A stretch of DNA of 64,000 bases from Setoptus koraiensis (Eukaryota > Animalia > Arthropoda). Shown in pieces: positions 1 through 12,600 of the stretch (position 1 is the first letter of the stretch; the number at the start of each line of letters is the position of its first letter). A model generated the notes under the pieces. The model made no database searches and had not been told where the DNA came from. It saw nothing but the letters and a program-made list of their open reading frames with translations. Made by a program: the position numbers and the translations under genes. Location of the stretch: positions 9,238,001 to 9,302,000 of the forward strand of contig CM106585.1 of assembly GCA_048013815.1 (NCBI GenBank), read 5' to 3'.

Positions 1-3000
1 GTGACTGGCTGGCCGACTGGTGAGTTGGGGCCAATTGATTAGGGTCCGAAATGTGGAAACTGGACAACGCTACTTGGCCCGCTGTTTTCGTGCAACTTGC
101 ACATGATCATTATTCATTTTTGAGACAAACACCGCCACTCACTTTGCACGTTACAGCGAAAGAATATATTTCTAGCTGGACTGGGGCTGGCTCCGATTTG
201 GGACAGAAAAACTAAAAACTAAAAATGAAAGTGAAAATGAAAATGAAAATGTAAGGGAAAACAAAAACAAAAACACAAAACGAAAGAGAAGATGAAGATG
301 AAAAAAGAGCGAATGAATTTTGATATTTAACAAAAGTACGAAAAAGACGAAGCAGACCTAGATAGGCGGCGCAAAATAGTGGCCTCCAAGAGCGAGAGAC
401 AACATTTTTCAGTTCACAAAGAGGCAGGAATTAATTTTCCATACATCATCTAGTTGGCAACGGCCACCGGAGCGCCACTACAACCGATTTGGGAGCAACA
501 ACAATTTCAGTTTCGCCCAATGGGGCTCCACGCTGAGCTGGCCATCCAATTGAAATTGAATGAGTCGCTTATGCGGAGCAACAATCCACACCACAATGGG
601 CACCATTTTGCAGTTATACAGCAGGGCTACACTTTTTCTTTGGCGCCCGGCTCGCGGATAGAGAGCCCAATCCCGGGCTGTCTATCCCGGCACCGAACTG
701 ACCAATGACCATGATCTAGTTGTTCCTTAAGCGACCACTTGCCACTTGCCACTGGCTATCTGCAACTTGCTGTCGGCGGAAGATGCGTCCGTGATTATGT
801 CAAATGGGCGCCGTTTTTGTTGTTGTTCGTAGCTGTTGTTGGTTGTTGTTGCTGCTGGTTGTTGTTGCTGGTTGTTGGTTGTTGTTGCTGGTTGTTGGTT
901 GTTGTTGCTGGTGGCGCGTGAGATTCACAAAGCATTCACAAAATTTAAGCAGTACAACTAGAAAAAATGACCGCCACTCCTATTGGGCCATAAATAATAC
1001 GTGCTGCATGTCAAAAGCACACCTCGACAGGGCGCACAACCGACCAATCCGGCGGCTATTCACACGAACTCAATTGGCCCGGCCCCCAATGCACTCCGAT
1101 CCGCCATTCGAATTCGCCATTCGAAATAACCAAAAGCTGAATGGCTGTGCTCGCCAGCGAAAGCCAGTTGTGAGGCCAAAGAGACTTTAAAGTGTTTGCC
1201 TCTTGATGGCTCGTGCAGACTCTGCACTGCACAGGCGCCGCCAGCTCAGCGCCCCTATGTGCCAAATCGGCATCGGCCAATGCCTGGGTGGGCTTGCAGA
1301 AACGTCCGTGTGGCGGCTTTCGACGCTTAGCCAACGCTCCACTGTTGGCGCCACACTGGCAACTGCGGCCTACTTGGGACAACAGTGCAGTGCTGACCAA
1401 GCCAACTTCCGGTGTTTCTTGGTCACACCGAGGCACGCGAATGCGCAAATAGGAAGCGCAGCGGGCTCAGTTGAACTGTGATTGTTGCAGGCTCATGGGT
1501 GTCATCACACTGGCTCGTATGTAATGTACGAAATAACATGTTACACCATTAGCCGCTGATGTTAACACTGGAATTTGACCCAATGGGGTCAAAATCGCGA
1601 AAAAAAATCGTCAGAAGGCCGTTAGTTTGCTGGCGAGCGAACAGTGTGTGCGTGTGAGTGTATTTAAACTAGCTAAGCTTTTTGGGTAGGCAAACACGAG
1701 AGCAGTTGCATCCTAATGAAGGTCTCATGCACTACGATCGGGCCACTAGCTTGCCAACTAGCTCATATGTAACAAGCTCACGTCTTGACCTCAAACTGCA
1801 AACAAACATGCACACGCGAATAAACATGCGAATAACATGAAGACGTTCGCACAACTAACATTAAGACTGTACAAACATTCAGACAGATTGTTGTTATTAT
1901 TTTCACACACCAACGCCAACTGACCGGTTTTGGCTGGGGCGCCGGCCAGTGCGGTGGCCAATGACGGACCGATGATCGATGAGATTATCATTATTATCTA
2001 ACTATCTATCATCTGACAGCATCGCGTTTAGTCACGCGCTACTTTTTGCCAGCTTGCTCCACCGAGCAACCCGAGCCGCGCCTGTCGGGCCGGTTGCTCG
2101 GGTAACGCAGCCGGACCGAGCGACCTGCCAGAGTCGTGTTAATGCGCCAAGAGTTTTTGTCGGGCTACACACACACATATATATATACCCCGACAAGAGC
2201 GAGAGAGAGAGAAGTAAATTTAATTTAGTTTCCTCTCGCCCTCTAGCTGTTGTTGGCCGGGACTCTCTCATGTTGTCAGATGCATGGATTGCGATGAGAT
2301 GGACGCACTGCCCTGGGCATACATTACTATTACTTATTATTATTGTTATTACCATTGACACACAAATTGACAGAGTTTGTTGTTGTTACGTAACGTTGCC
2401 TATGAGACATGAGGCATGATTAACAGCGCAACAGCAACCATAGACACTGTTGCGGCCAATTCGCATATTTCGTCAGCGCCAGTGTGTTTGCAATAATGAT
2501 AACGAAAATAATAATAACCAACACTGTCAAAAAGGAACCCTAATATTTATATATTGGCGCACACAGAATACCATGTTACGCAACAATTCTGCCCGCCACA
2601 CGTCAGCTGTTTACTATTCCTGGCGGCTACTAACTGTTAGACCGTCTAACTTGGACGTGATTGTGTGTTGCCTGGGCCCCCATTCATTCATTTCGTGGTG
2701 AAAATCCACACCGTGTCGGCGGCCGGCATGTTTTATTGGCGGCTGGCGACAGTGGCGCCACTTGTGTCAATTCCGTCAATACTGTCGTCGATCGATGTAG
2801 TAGCTGGAGCTGTCTAATTTGAATTAGTAACCAGCTATTATTATGCAAGCCGACGAGCGGTTCTTGTAGGCGGCTCAGCTGGAGCCCCATACTGGCTTGT
2901 ACGCGACGCAGCCAGTAAGCCACCGTTGCAGGCAAACCATGAGGAGGTGACAGTGGCAAAATATACCCCAAGGTGCTACACGATACATTGCCGCTAGTGC

Positions 3001-3070
3001 TGCCATACCAAGTTATATTTTGGGACACCCCCCAAAATATAGCCCGGCCCATTGTCCGAAAATTGTGCCC

Positions 3071-3126
3071 CGAAATACCCTGGTATTTCGAAATAGCAGG
3101 GTATTTCGAAATAGCAGGGTATTTCG
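3071..3126. repeat. 9-bp perfect hairpin overlapping an 18-bp tandem repeat (2.5 copies); MITE-like internal structure
   Basis: CGAAATACC-CT-GGTATTTCG at 3071-3090. Unit GGTATTTCGAAATAGCAG at 3082-3099 and 3100-3117, partial at 3118-3126. Confidence 0.85.
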
Positions 3127-3440
3127 GCGGGCCACAATATTCGGGACGGACATGAGGGAGGCTGACGAAATGGGACGGGCTTGCACAATGCGATTATGGA
3201 GCGTGCAAGCTAATGTAAAATAGATTAATGAAATGGCTGTCTCGCCAGGGATTTTGTTGTTGGCCGAAGGCGGGGGAACAAACGAACGAAAGAACGAAAC
3301 ACTTTCTACGAGATACTCCCCTTAGGGGCCGCACATATGTGAGGTATGCGGCGAACAAACATCCGACATAATGTGTGTGCGTGCGTGTTCTTGTAGCCAT
3401 AAGCTTATGTAGCTTGCATGCCACGCCATATACGGTGGAT

Positions 3441-3610
3441 AAGTGAACAATGGAAAAATCGTTGGTGCTCCATTCATGTTGACGCCAGCCAAACAAATCT
3501 ATCTGCGTGCGTTCGGCCAAAGACGCAAATCAATTGTCGCTACAAAGTGTCCGACAGTGTGCCGAGATCATTGTCAGGCTCAATAAAATATCATTAGACG
3601 CTTACTTTCT
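3441..3610 (+). repeat. Interspersed repeat, copy 1 (homologous to ~17745-17910)
   Basis: Colinear shared blocks by eye: AAGTGAACAAT, GAAAAAT, CCAAACAAAT, GCAAATCAATTGTC, ACAAAGTGTCCGAC, GATCATT, GCTCAAT, AAATATCAT. Confidence 0.8.
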
Positions 3611-5101
3611 TTCCACTTTTTTCCCGTTTTTTTCTCGGGCACCACCATCACACAATAAGTGTTTGTCGGAGGCTCTCCAACTTGGAGAGTCCAAGCTAAA
3701 CTCAAGGTTGTTTGGGCCAGACACTCACTCGCGTGGGGAAATTCATCATATTTTTCCAATGGATGGGCGCTATAAATTTGTCTGCTCACTGGCTCACTGG
3801 CTCACCGGAGAAACAGGTAATTTCCGCCGCTGGGGTGCCAACGAAGCTCTAACAAGGCCATCGGTCGCGGTCGCTGTCCCTCGGTCGCTCGGCCGATCGG
3901 CCGATCGAGGCATGACACTGGCCACGATTGGCTGACACTGGCCAGAATATCGCCGATATAAGTAGTGGATTTGTTTGAAAGATTTGGGCGATCGCCAGGC
4001 GACCATGAGTGACTCACGCGATTCGCAACAACTCTCTTTGGAATCGATTAACTGACCTCTCGTCACCGCGTCACCACGTAGCCAGCACGTGGCTCGTGGC
4101 GGTTTTCGTGACTGTGCCCACAAGGCAACGACACCCATGGAAATGAGACCGCGCGCCATCATTTTATGCCAGCATCCACTGGCCAGCGCAAAGAAAGGAA
4201 AATAAAATAAATATGCAACAGCGGCATCGGCAGCTTCCAATGTGCGGCACCACGGCGACATTACGCAACCAGCAAACACGTCGCACAAACAAACGCATAT
4301 GACGCTGGTGACAGGCGAGCGTCAAAAAAGCGGCTGCCAAACAGCTCCAGTCACCTGTCATGATGCGTACATGCGTCATTCAGCACGTCGGTTTGCACGT
4401 CAGTACGTGCCAAAACTTGCGCGCTTATTATTATATGACACAAATAACAACGCCGACAACAACAACACCGACAACAACAACACCGACAACGACAGCAACA
4501 AAATGGTGAACGTCGTCAACAAAGACACATTTAGTCGTGCTGAACGGTCGCCAGGGGGCCGCTTGCTAGATGTTGAGCGTCAACATGGCCGACAGCGGCG
4601 GGCAGCAGTTACAGCTAGAGATCACATCATTGCCGATATATACTACATAATGCTGAAGCATTATGTAATATAATATAATATAAAGATAATTGTGTGTTAT
4701 GCGGCGCCTCCGTCAATCCAATCACGGCAATAAATATGGCGAGCGTATATTTATGACACAATCTAATGGCAGCGAATACAGCGCATACATAAATTAGGCC
4801 AAGACGTGGGGCCTCATGAGAGGCATTACTTCCGCCTGTAAGGAGTTTATTTTCTTTTGATTCCGCCCGATTGAATGTCTCACACTAATGAGTCGTTATT
4901 TAATCACTGTTATCTACGGCGGCGCCGGCGGCCAGTTACAGAGGCAAATTGGACAGCAACAACAACAACTATTATATATGTATTATGTGAGCATTATGTA
5001 TGCGTTATTGGTTACGTGATAACTGCCTGTTGTGTCATTTACGCCGTTTACACACACACACACACACCTTGGCAGAGTTGGCTCACCTGGTTGTTGCGAT
5101 A

Positions 5102-5151
5102 CGGTAATACCCAGTGGCTCGCAAGTTGCGAGCCAATGTTGGGTATTACCG
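5102..5151. other. 50-nt imperfect inverted repeat (hairpin)
   Basis: CGGTAATACCCA..TGGCTCGCAA-G-TTGCGAGCCA..TGGGTATTACCG: 12-bp and 10-bp stems separated by an asymmetric internal loop. Confidence 0.8.
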
Positions 5152-5727
5152 ATTACTACCCAATTTGCCGGCCAGCGTATGCGCCAGTGTTGTTGGCCGG
5201 CATGTTCATTAACGATTGTTCAGACACTGGTATTACTGGTACTGCAGAGGGCGCTGCTGCATTTGGGCGAATTGCGTAAGTGGCACCTAGGCGCGCGCAC
5301 GAGTATGCACGCGCAAATTAGTTAAACAGGCCAACAACAGTGATTATGGTGGCGGCGGCGGCCAATAATCACTGCTAGCAGTAAGTAATCAGCAATAATC
5401 GCTTGTATTCGCGGCTACTTCAGGTATTTCAGGTGGGCATTGGCGTGTATTCGTGCACGAGTAAACTACATACTCTGTAGTACAGAGCAAGTGCGAGCAA
5501 GTATGAGATGCAACGTGTCTGCATATTACATCATGCGAGGGGTTTTTATTTTTTGCCGTGTGCGCTGGCGCTGTTTATCTGTTTGTTTTATCTGGTCCAA
5601 TGTCTGGGTATTTATCTGATTTGATATGATGGTTGTAGCCGGTTGGGTGTGTTTGCGCGCTGTGCCCAATCTTGGATGTATCGGGTTTCTTTTCAAATAT
5701 CAACGCAATCACCAGCGGCCAGCCAGC

Positions 5728-5728
5728 C

Positions 5729-5787
<59 letters not shown>
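5728..5787. repeat. (CAA)20 microsatellite
   Basis: Direct reading. It explains the spurious poly-Q/T/L ORFs at 5575-5910. Confidence 0.97.
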
Positions 5788-5789
<2 letters not shown>

Positions 5790-6832
5790 TCAAGATTTAT
5801 TCAGCAGATTAGCCACAGGAGGCAAGCTAACTCGTCGTGTATATCCGAGAGCCACTCGGCGCGGCCATGACCGTGATTCGGCCCCGTGTTACAACGGTTG
5901 TTGCTATTAGTATCATTATTATCATGCAACCAGATGAGATGTTTCACGATAAATACACACATGCCAGCTATAATAATTATACTAACGCGCGATGTAAACT
6001 AACTCGATTTTGTATAGCCATTCCGCCGACTACGCCATGTTTCAGGTGTGTTTGTGTGCCGGCGCCGGTGCTGGTGCTCAACAACGCCGGTGCTGGTGCT
6101 CAACAACGCCAGCGCTGGTAATAATATAATAATCACGGCAGCGTGTTACGGCAAGCCACTGTGGCCAGACTAACGGAAATTGTGTGAGACTTGATAGAGT
6201 TGTTTGTTTGTTTGTGTTTGGTGCTACTCACAATTGAAAGAAGCACAACAACAACAAGGCGCTATTATTGCTTGTTAGCTATCTAGCCAAACAGATCAGA
6301 TAAGGTCAGAGGCCTAGCTTGTCTGGCCAGAATAATAAAGTTAGATAAAGACATCAGAGGTAACAAAGTGAGCAGATAGCTAATTTTAGCAACACCCAAC
6401 ACAGGGGTCATCTTTAGAGGCACGCGCAACTACCAGAGCCAGATAAAACGGGCCGAGCAAGTTAAGAAAGCGAATAGAAAAGAAGCGAAATAAATGATCA
6501 ATGATTAATGATTGCCATTCCGTCACAGCTCATACCTAACCAGTGACCTATATAAATGAGCCGACAGCCATGATACATCGCTACTACGTTCTTTCAGAGA
6601 CGATTCAGCAACTTAGCCGAATTACAGTTGCACATAGGCGAAATTTACAGACAGGCAAACTAATTGGCCCAACTTTTGCAACTATCTCTTTGTCGTATGC
6701 AGCTGAACCATGAGCACCACAAAAAAAAGCCAGACTATTGAACAGATATGTGTATCGAAATTTTGCTTGTTTGCCAAATATCTAAATATATATCTGGCAA
6801 ATGTAAATAGATACACAAGGCAGCATTCGCTA

Positions 6833-6948
6833 TAGGGATGGCAGCGGTTAACCGAACCGAAGTTTTTTTTATGACTGAAAACCGAAACCGAAAAAAGACA
6901 CGCTCAACCCAACGTTTACGCATTTTCGGTGCCGCTTTGGCATCTCTA
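6833..6948. mobile_element. Possible degenerate hAT-type MITE
   Basis: Imperfect terminal inverted repeats TAGGGATGGCAGCGG / CCGCTTTGGCATCTCTA and internal AACCGAA repeats. TAGGGATG resembles Ac-family TIR starts. No clear 8-bp target-site duplication. Confidence 0.35.
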
Positions 6949-9566
6949 ATTTTGAAAAACATCAAACTTTTTGCCACTCTAATACAAAAAAGGTATGATA
7001 GTTTAATTTATTTAATTGTTGTTGAATAATTATCATAGCAATGATTTTTGCCACTTTGTTGCACCTATTGATTGCTTATTTTCAACTGACTGGTGGCCGC
7101 CTCGCAATGTCCTGGAGCTCAATTATTGATCACTGCAACATTTTCTATTCTATAGGATTGGATACATGGAAAGGCCTCTGTTAATTGAGACCAAAGGTGC
7201 AAAGGTGCAAGTTGGATTTCTGGTGCCGAGTCAGTCATAGAATAGCTCATTCGATCAATGATGAGCAACTTTGGCGTTGAACCTGCCCGGTTTACAACCT
7301 CTCACCGAATTGCTCCTACAAAGGCCAACACAATTTTCGAATAAAAAATGAAAATCGATGGACTTCCAACTTTTCGCCAACGTCACTGCGTTCGCCACCG
7401 CGAATCTATTGCGTGGTTCATGGTTGGACGTACTTTCATATGGTAATATATTATTGATAGCACTGGATTTTCTAAAAAAGGGGGAAAAAGAAAATTCCCT
7501 GCTATCACGAGCTGGCTTTTGGCAATTTTGGTATCCATTATTGATATGGTGCAAAATATCAATCGATAATTGATGAAGGTTGCACTCTGATAGATGATAA
7601 CACAGCAAAAACTAATAATGGTCGACAGGTACCAAAAGGTAGATTTTCAAGAGGAAGTGGCTTTTCTCCCAACGGGAACAGATACAATTGTGTGGCGAGT
7701 CCAGAGTGAAATTTGTTTTTAGAGTTAGCTCAGTCCAAATCTCACAGCACTGAGCGTATGACTGGTAAGTTCTTTGATGAACTGACTGACCATCTCTAGA
7801 AAAAAAGAGGAAGAGAAACAGTAAAGTGAGCGTGAAAATAAAGTAAGCTTGTGTGATGGAATATAAATCTAGTGGAGACCGAGACAGGTAATATCGATGA
7901 TACAATTACTAACACTGGACCGAGTTAACTAAGTTGACTGGTTCTTTTTAGAGCAAGTAACCTGGCAACAATATAGTTGCTAGCGTTTTTCTAGGCAACT
8001 TTTTTTCTAGAAAATCGACTTCATCTATTATATAAAATATGTGAGATGAGTTTTCGTCTCGGTCTTGCCCTTTGAAGGCCGAACCCCAACGCAATGCATG
8101 TATCAACGCGAAAAACTTTAAATGCATCAAATTCGAAAAAGCCCTGGGGCCGGTGGCAATTTGTTATGATCGGTATTAGGATATCATCTTGATGTGCAGC
8201 TGGACATTCTTAGATTAATTTCTATTTATTCTGGCCAGAGGAAATTCTGAGCAAAAATGATTGAATTTTGAGTCAGTCGAAAACTAACTGATTATTAGCG
8301 GAAGAAAGAGAAAGCAGATCATTATTATTCAGACTAGTACATTGCTCAACTAACTACCGGGTACCCAGAACATGAAAAAATTACAGGTTTACCATACCGA
8401 AATCACACAAGGAGCTATAAACCATCAAAATCCATGGTTGGCTTCCTTTCATTTCGGAAAATGTTGGGCAGAGAACAATTTTGGAGAAAAAAAAAATTAT
8501 CAGAGAAAAACACTATAATTCAGCTGCATTTTTACACTCGCACAGTCTAATTACTAAGTTATAAGGTTTCAGGCATCTAGCAGTAGGCCAGTATGAGTCA
8601 TTTCCGGTTGATAGTCAAATAAAGCATGTGACATCTGCTGCTAGTTGGAAGGCGCGCATTGCGTGTGCATTATCATTAGCTCGTTTGTTGGATATTGGCG
8701 CCCGCAAGAACAAAATCGTGTCAGATATTATCGGAATGGACGGAACCGAAAACGCGTCTATTTTATGCGTCAAAATAAGACATGGGGATAATAGAGGGAG
8801 GGACAAAATAAATCATTAATGGAGTGGAACTTTTTCTTGCCATCAGTTTCGAATGGATAATAAAGCTAGAGGAAGTAGGGGGATAGTTTCGTGTGGCATA
8901 AGATGGAGCTATCGCAATCGATGTTTCACTCAGATCTTTTGATTCAATGAAACACCATTGAATCATTCATTCGGTATCCCAATAGTGGTATCGTTACTAG
9001 AGATGAGCAGTGATCTGTTCTAGGCTCCTTGCTCGTGTATATCTTCTTGAGCATCGATCCCTCGTTATGGTCGAATAAAAATTTGAGTAAGTTTTACGAA
9101 ACTGCTCACACAAACAAAAATTTCCTCAATCAGGCACTTTTTTGGAGTTGTGACAGCTTAGATTGTATTTGGATATTCGTGCATGTTCTCTGAATCAACC
9201 TGATTAACATGCAAATGAGTTTGATTGTGAATTCGTGCTCACATCGAACGAGTTCGACGACTATTCGAAATTTGATGTTCGATGCTGCATCCAATCAAGC
9301 GAAGCAAACAACCTAAGTGAGTAGTTCCAATTCCAATTCATTGAAGTTACACTGAGGAATTCGAGAGCTGCTCAGTCTGGAAAAACTGACTGGCGGTCAG
9401 CGCAATAACTATATTATTGCGAGTTCTGTCTCTGTGCAGAGGCGATAGCTCACACCAACGCGGTCGAACAGTTAGCATGCGATCATCACATTGTGATGTT
9501 AACTACTGTCGGATAATTATTATGCGCCCTTTGTTATGTCCGAGCGATACTTTTCCGCTTTGCGCG

Positions 9567-9568
<2 letters not shown>

Positions 9569-9632
<64 letters not shown>
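9569..9632. repeat. (CT)32 microsatellite
   Basis: Direct reading. Confidence 0.97.
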
Positions 9633-9635
<3 letters not shown>

Positions 9636-12600
9636 TTGCGATAAATGGCGACGACGGCAAATAAACTCAAACTATTTGAATATATGAGAAATAGTTTAAG
9701 CACCATGAAAGAAAATCTTGAGCGTACTCGTGTGAATCGCCGTACTCGAGCACATCAGATTGTTGTAGTAGCCACGTTTGTGACGTAACATACTTTAATG
9801 GTGTATTTGGTGTTTGTATCTCGGCATGTGGCTTGCAAATAACAATATAGTTAATATATAGCAGCATCGGAGATTATTATCTTGTTTGTTGTCATGTAAA
9901 TTGAGTTGAGCCGAGTGTGGTCTGGTGCAAGTTGAGTTAAGTTGAATTAAGTTAACACCGTTGGCGCCGCCACCACCAACGACAACAGCTTAGGTGCTGT
10001 TCTATTTGACAGCCACCAACAACAACTTGAGCAAGAGAGGGCGCTCACATCCTGGCAGAAAACATTGCGTATAATGTGCTTATAGCAATGTGCATGGAAT
10101 GCATGTATATTCATGAATTAATACGATACATCCATTTACCTAGTCAGGCTCTTTATACAGTGGCATAAAAGTAAGCAAAATAATATATAATTATGTCAAG
10201 ACTGGCACTAGCTTTGGTCACAGCTCATACATAAATGTATGCTCCGTAGCTGTCAGTTGGGCCACTTTGGCCAGTGTCTGACCATCACACAAAGCTCAGA
10301 AAAGTCCAACTAGATTGACAGCATGCTGTTCGAGATGCGGCCAGGTGTCTGCTGGCACGGCTAGACAGAATCAAAAGAGATGGCAACAAAAATGAAACAA
10401 AAGAGCACAAAATTATGTAAATATAAATGTTGAGCCGCGATAATCAATGCTGGTCAATCGGTGATGCTTGTTAGCTGTGGGCTACAGTCAAACAAGTCCG
10501 CATCGTCGACGAACATCTCGAAAGATGTTTTTGTTACATAAAAGAGACGCGTAATAATAAAAATAATGAACCCATAATTTGTGCAATATGATATCGGCTT
10601 TGATTCGAAATTTTTGCGAAATACAAGTACTGTATCATAAAATTACTCTTAATGCATCATCGATCATTAGGGATGAATGGCATCATCGTTAGAACACTCG
10701 TTTAGAGGCGACACATCATATATTCAGTATTTATCCGTACCGTTCAGTTCAAGGCAATCAATGTAACTATTTAATCATTGTTTCATTGATTATTAATTAT
10801 TTATTATTTTGTAGGTTATGCTTGCCATGATGGTTCTATTATCACCCCAACGAATGTCAGTTTCCGGAGTGACAGTTGTAGTCTAGACAGTGTTGACACT
10901 CTTGCCCTGACCTGTCGTTGAACTCGGACATTAAACATCAGATGGGTTAGATGCAAATATGCATCAATAACTATAATGGATCAAACTTCGTAGTGAATTT
11001 CTGCTCCCCAAACTCGGCTGAAATTTTACGATTAAAATAGACAGGATCAGACTCATCTTTTCTGTGTTTTTATGTATCAAATGCAATTCGATATGATATA
11101 ACAAAAAAAAACGAAAAACAAAAAAGTATATGAAAGCATAGCAGAAACCATTGGTTTTTCGGATTTTTAATATATCTTTTCTTGCTCAGCTCGATCAGGG
11201 TAGTCGATTCAATGCAGCGCTTCGTCATCGAGAACGAAGTTCCCATTGTGAGTACATGGAAGATGTGATGCCGACCAGAAACTGACACATAATTTGCACA
11301 ATATCGGATGACTAGGTCTGAAATATGAGGCCTCCACTTTTATGGAAAACAGTGCTGAAATCAATCGTTGATACATCTATCTAACAGCACGAGCTAAATA
11401 TTTATTCACTGGCGAAGAATTTGTCGATAGGTTCAGAGAAAGGGAACGTAACGCTTCCGTTCACATTACTCGATAGCGGGCAAATGTTTTTGTAGAATAT
11501 GTATTTTATAGCTCCACTTTTTAAATTCTACACACTTTACATACTATCATTCGATAGGATTATCGGAAAGTAACTCAAACTCGCATAGGCTCGTTAAGAG
11601 GCTCTTCTCCGGATAGCCGCGATGAATCGCAAGCTGTTGAAGATAATCCAGATTTTGATGCGCCCGAGCCCCAAATTGACGTGACTGATGCCAACAAAGG
11701 TAACATCACGATTCAATAAAGCGCAAAATTTCTCTCGCCAACGAATTGTCACTAGATTCATTACTTCGTTCGACCAGTATTTGTTGTCCGAAACTCGATA
11801 GTGGCATCTGCGAGAAATTTTTCAGTCACATTATCCGCTCAAGGAGAACAATGTTGTTTAACTATCGTATGGCAAATCTCACAGATTCTTTTTTCGCAGA
11901 TAGTCCACAGGCAATCCGGGTAGTTGATGACATTTCTCATCACAGCATATGTCTCATAGCAGCTAGCCAAAAGCCTCTTTGGCCGACATGACAAGAAGAC
12001 TTTTTCGGCCATGATTTATTAGTGATTGTTCGACTTCGGTTGATATCGTGCCCGTGTCAACCAGTCAAGCTGAACCATGAGACAATATATGACTACCAGG
12101 CATCTATCTGAGATACCAGACAGGTGTTGGCGACTTATCTTATCTATGTCGTGTGCATCGCACTCAGATAACTCAAGGAAAAACGTTGAATTGCTAGCAA
12201 CCATTTCCACTTCGAACATCCGTTAACGTCAAATTTAACACGATCAGGCAATGTGATATTCTTGTCTTCTGTGAGAGGGCGATTTTCGTGCTAGCTGTTC
12301 ATTGTGTGAGAGGCCTGGTTTTCCCTTCTAGCAATTGACAACAACACTCATAAAGTATCATTCTGGCTGCTTGATAAAGGGTGCGATAAAGACAACATCC
12401 AACTCTAAATTTCCACAGATCTTGCACATAGAGATCACGATGATAGCCTATGATAGCGGCCCTTTCATATTGGTGTCGGCGATCGGACCATTTAGGGCGG
12501 CGATTTTGATTGGCGAAAATTGGCAGGTTCAGCTGGGGCCAATAGCGCCAGCGAGAATGTGCGGACAAAGGGATTAGACGGTGACTGGCGCACATTTCGA

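Noticed and set aside
3563-3585. GAGATCATTGT resembling bantam miRNA
   Set aside because: The 5' base and 3' half mismatch, and the site lies within a dispersed repeat.
5408-5432. 13-nt match (reverse strand TACCTGAAGTAGC) to miR-275
   Set aside because: The seed region differs, there is no flanking hairpin, and no miR-305 was seen nearby.
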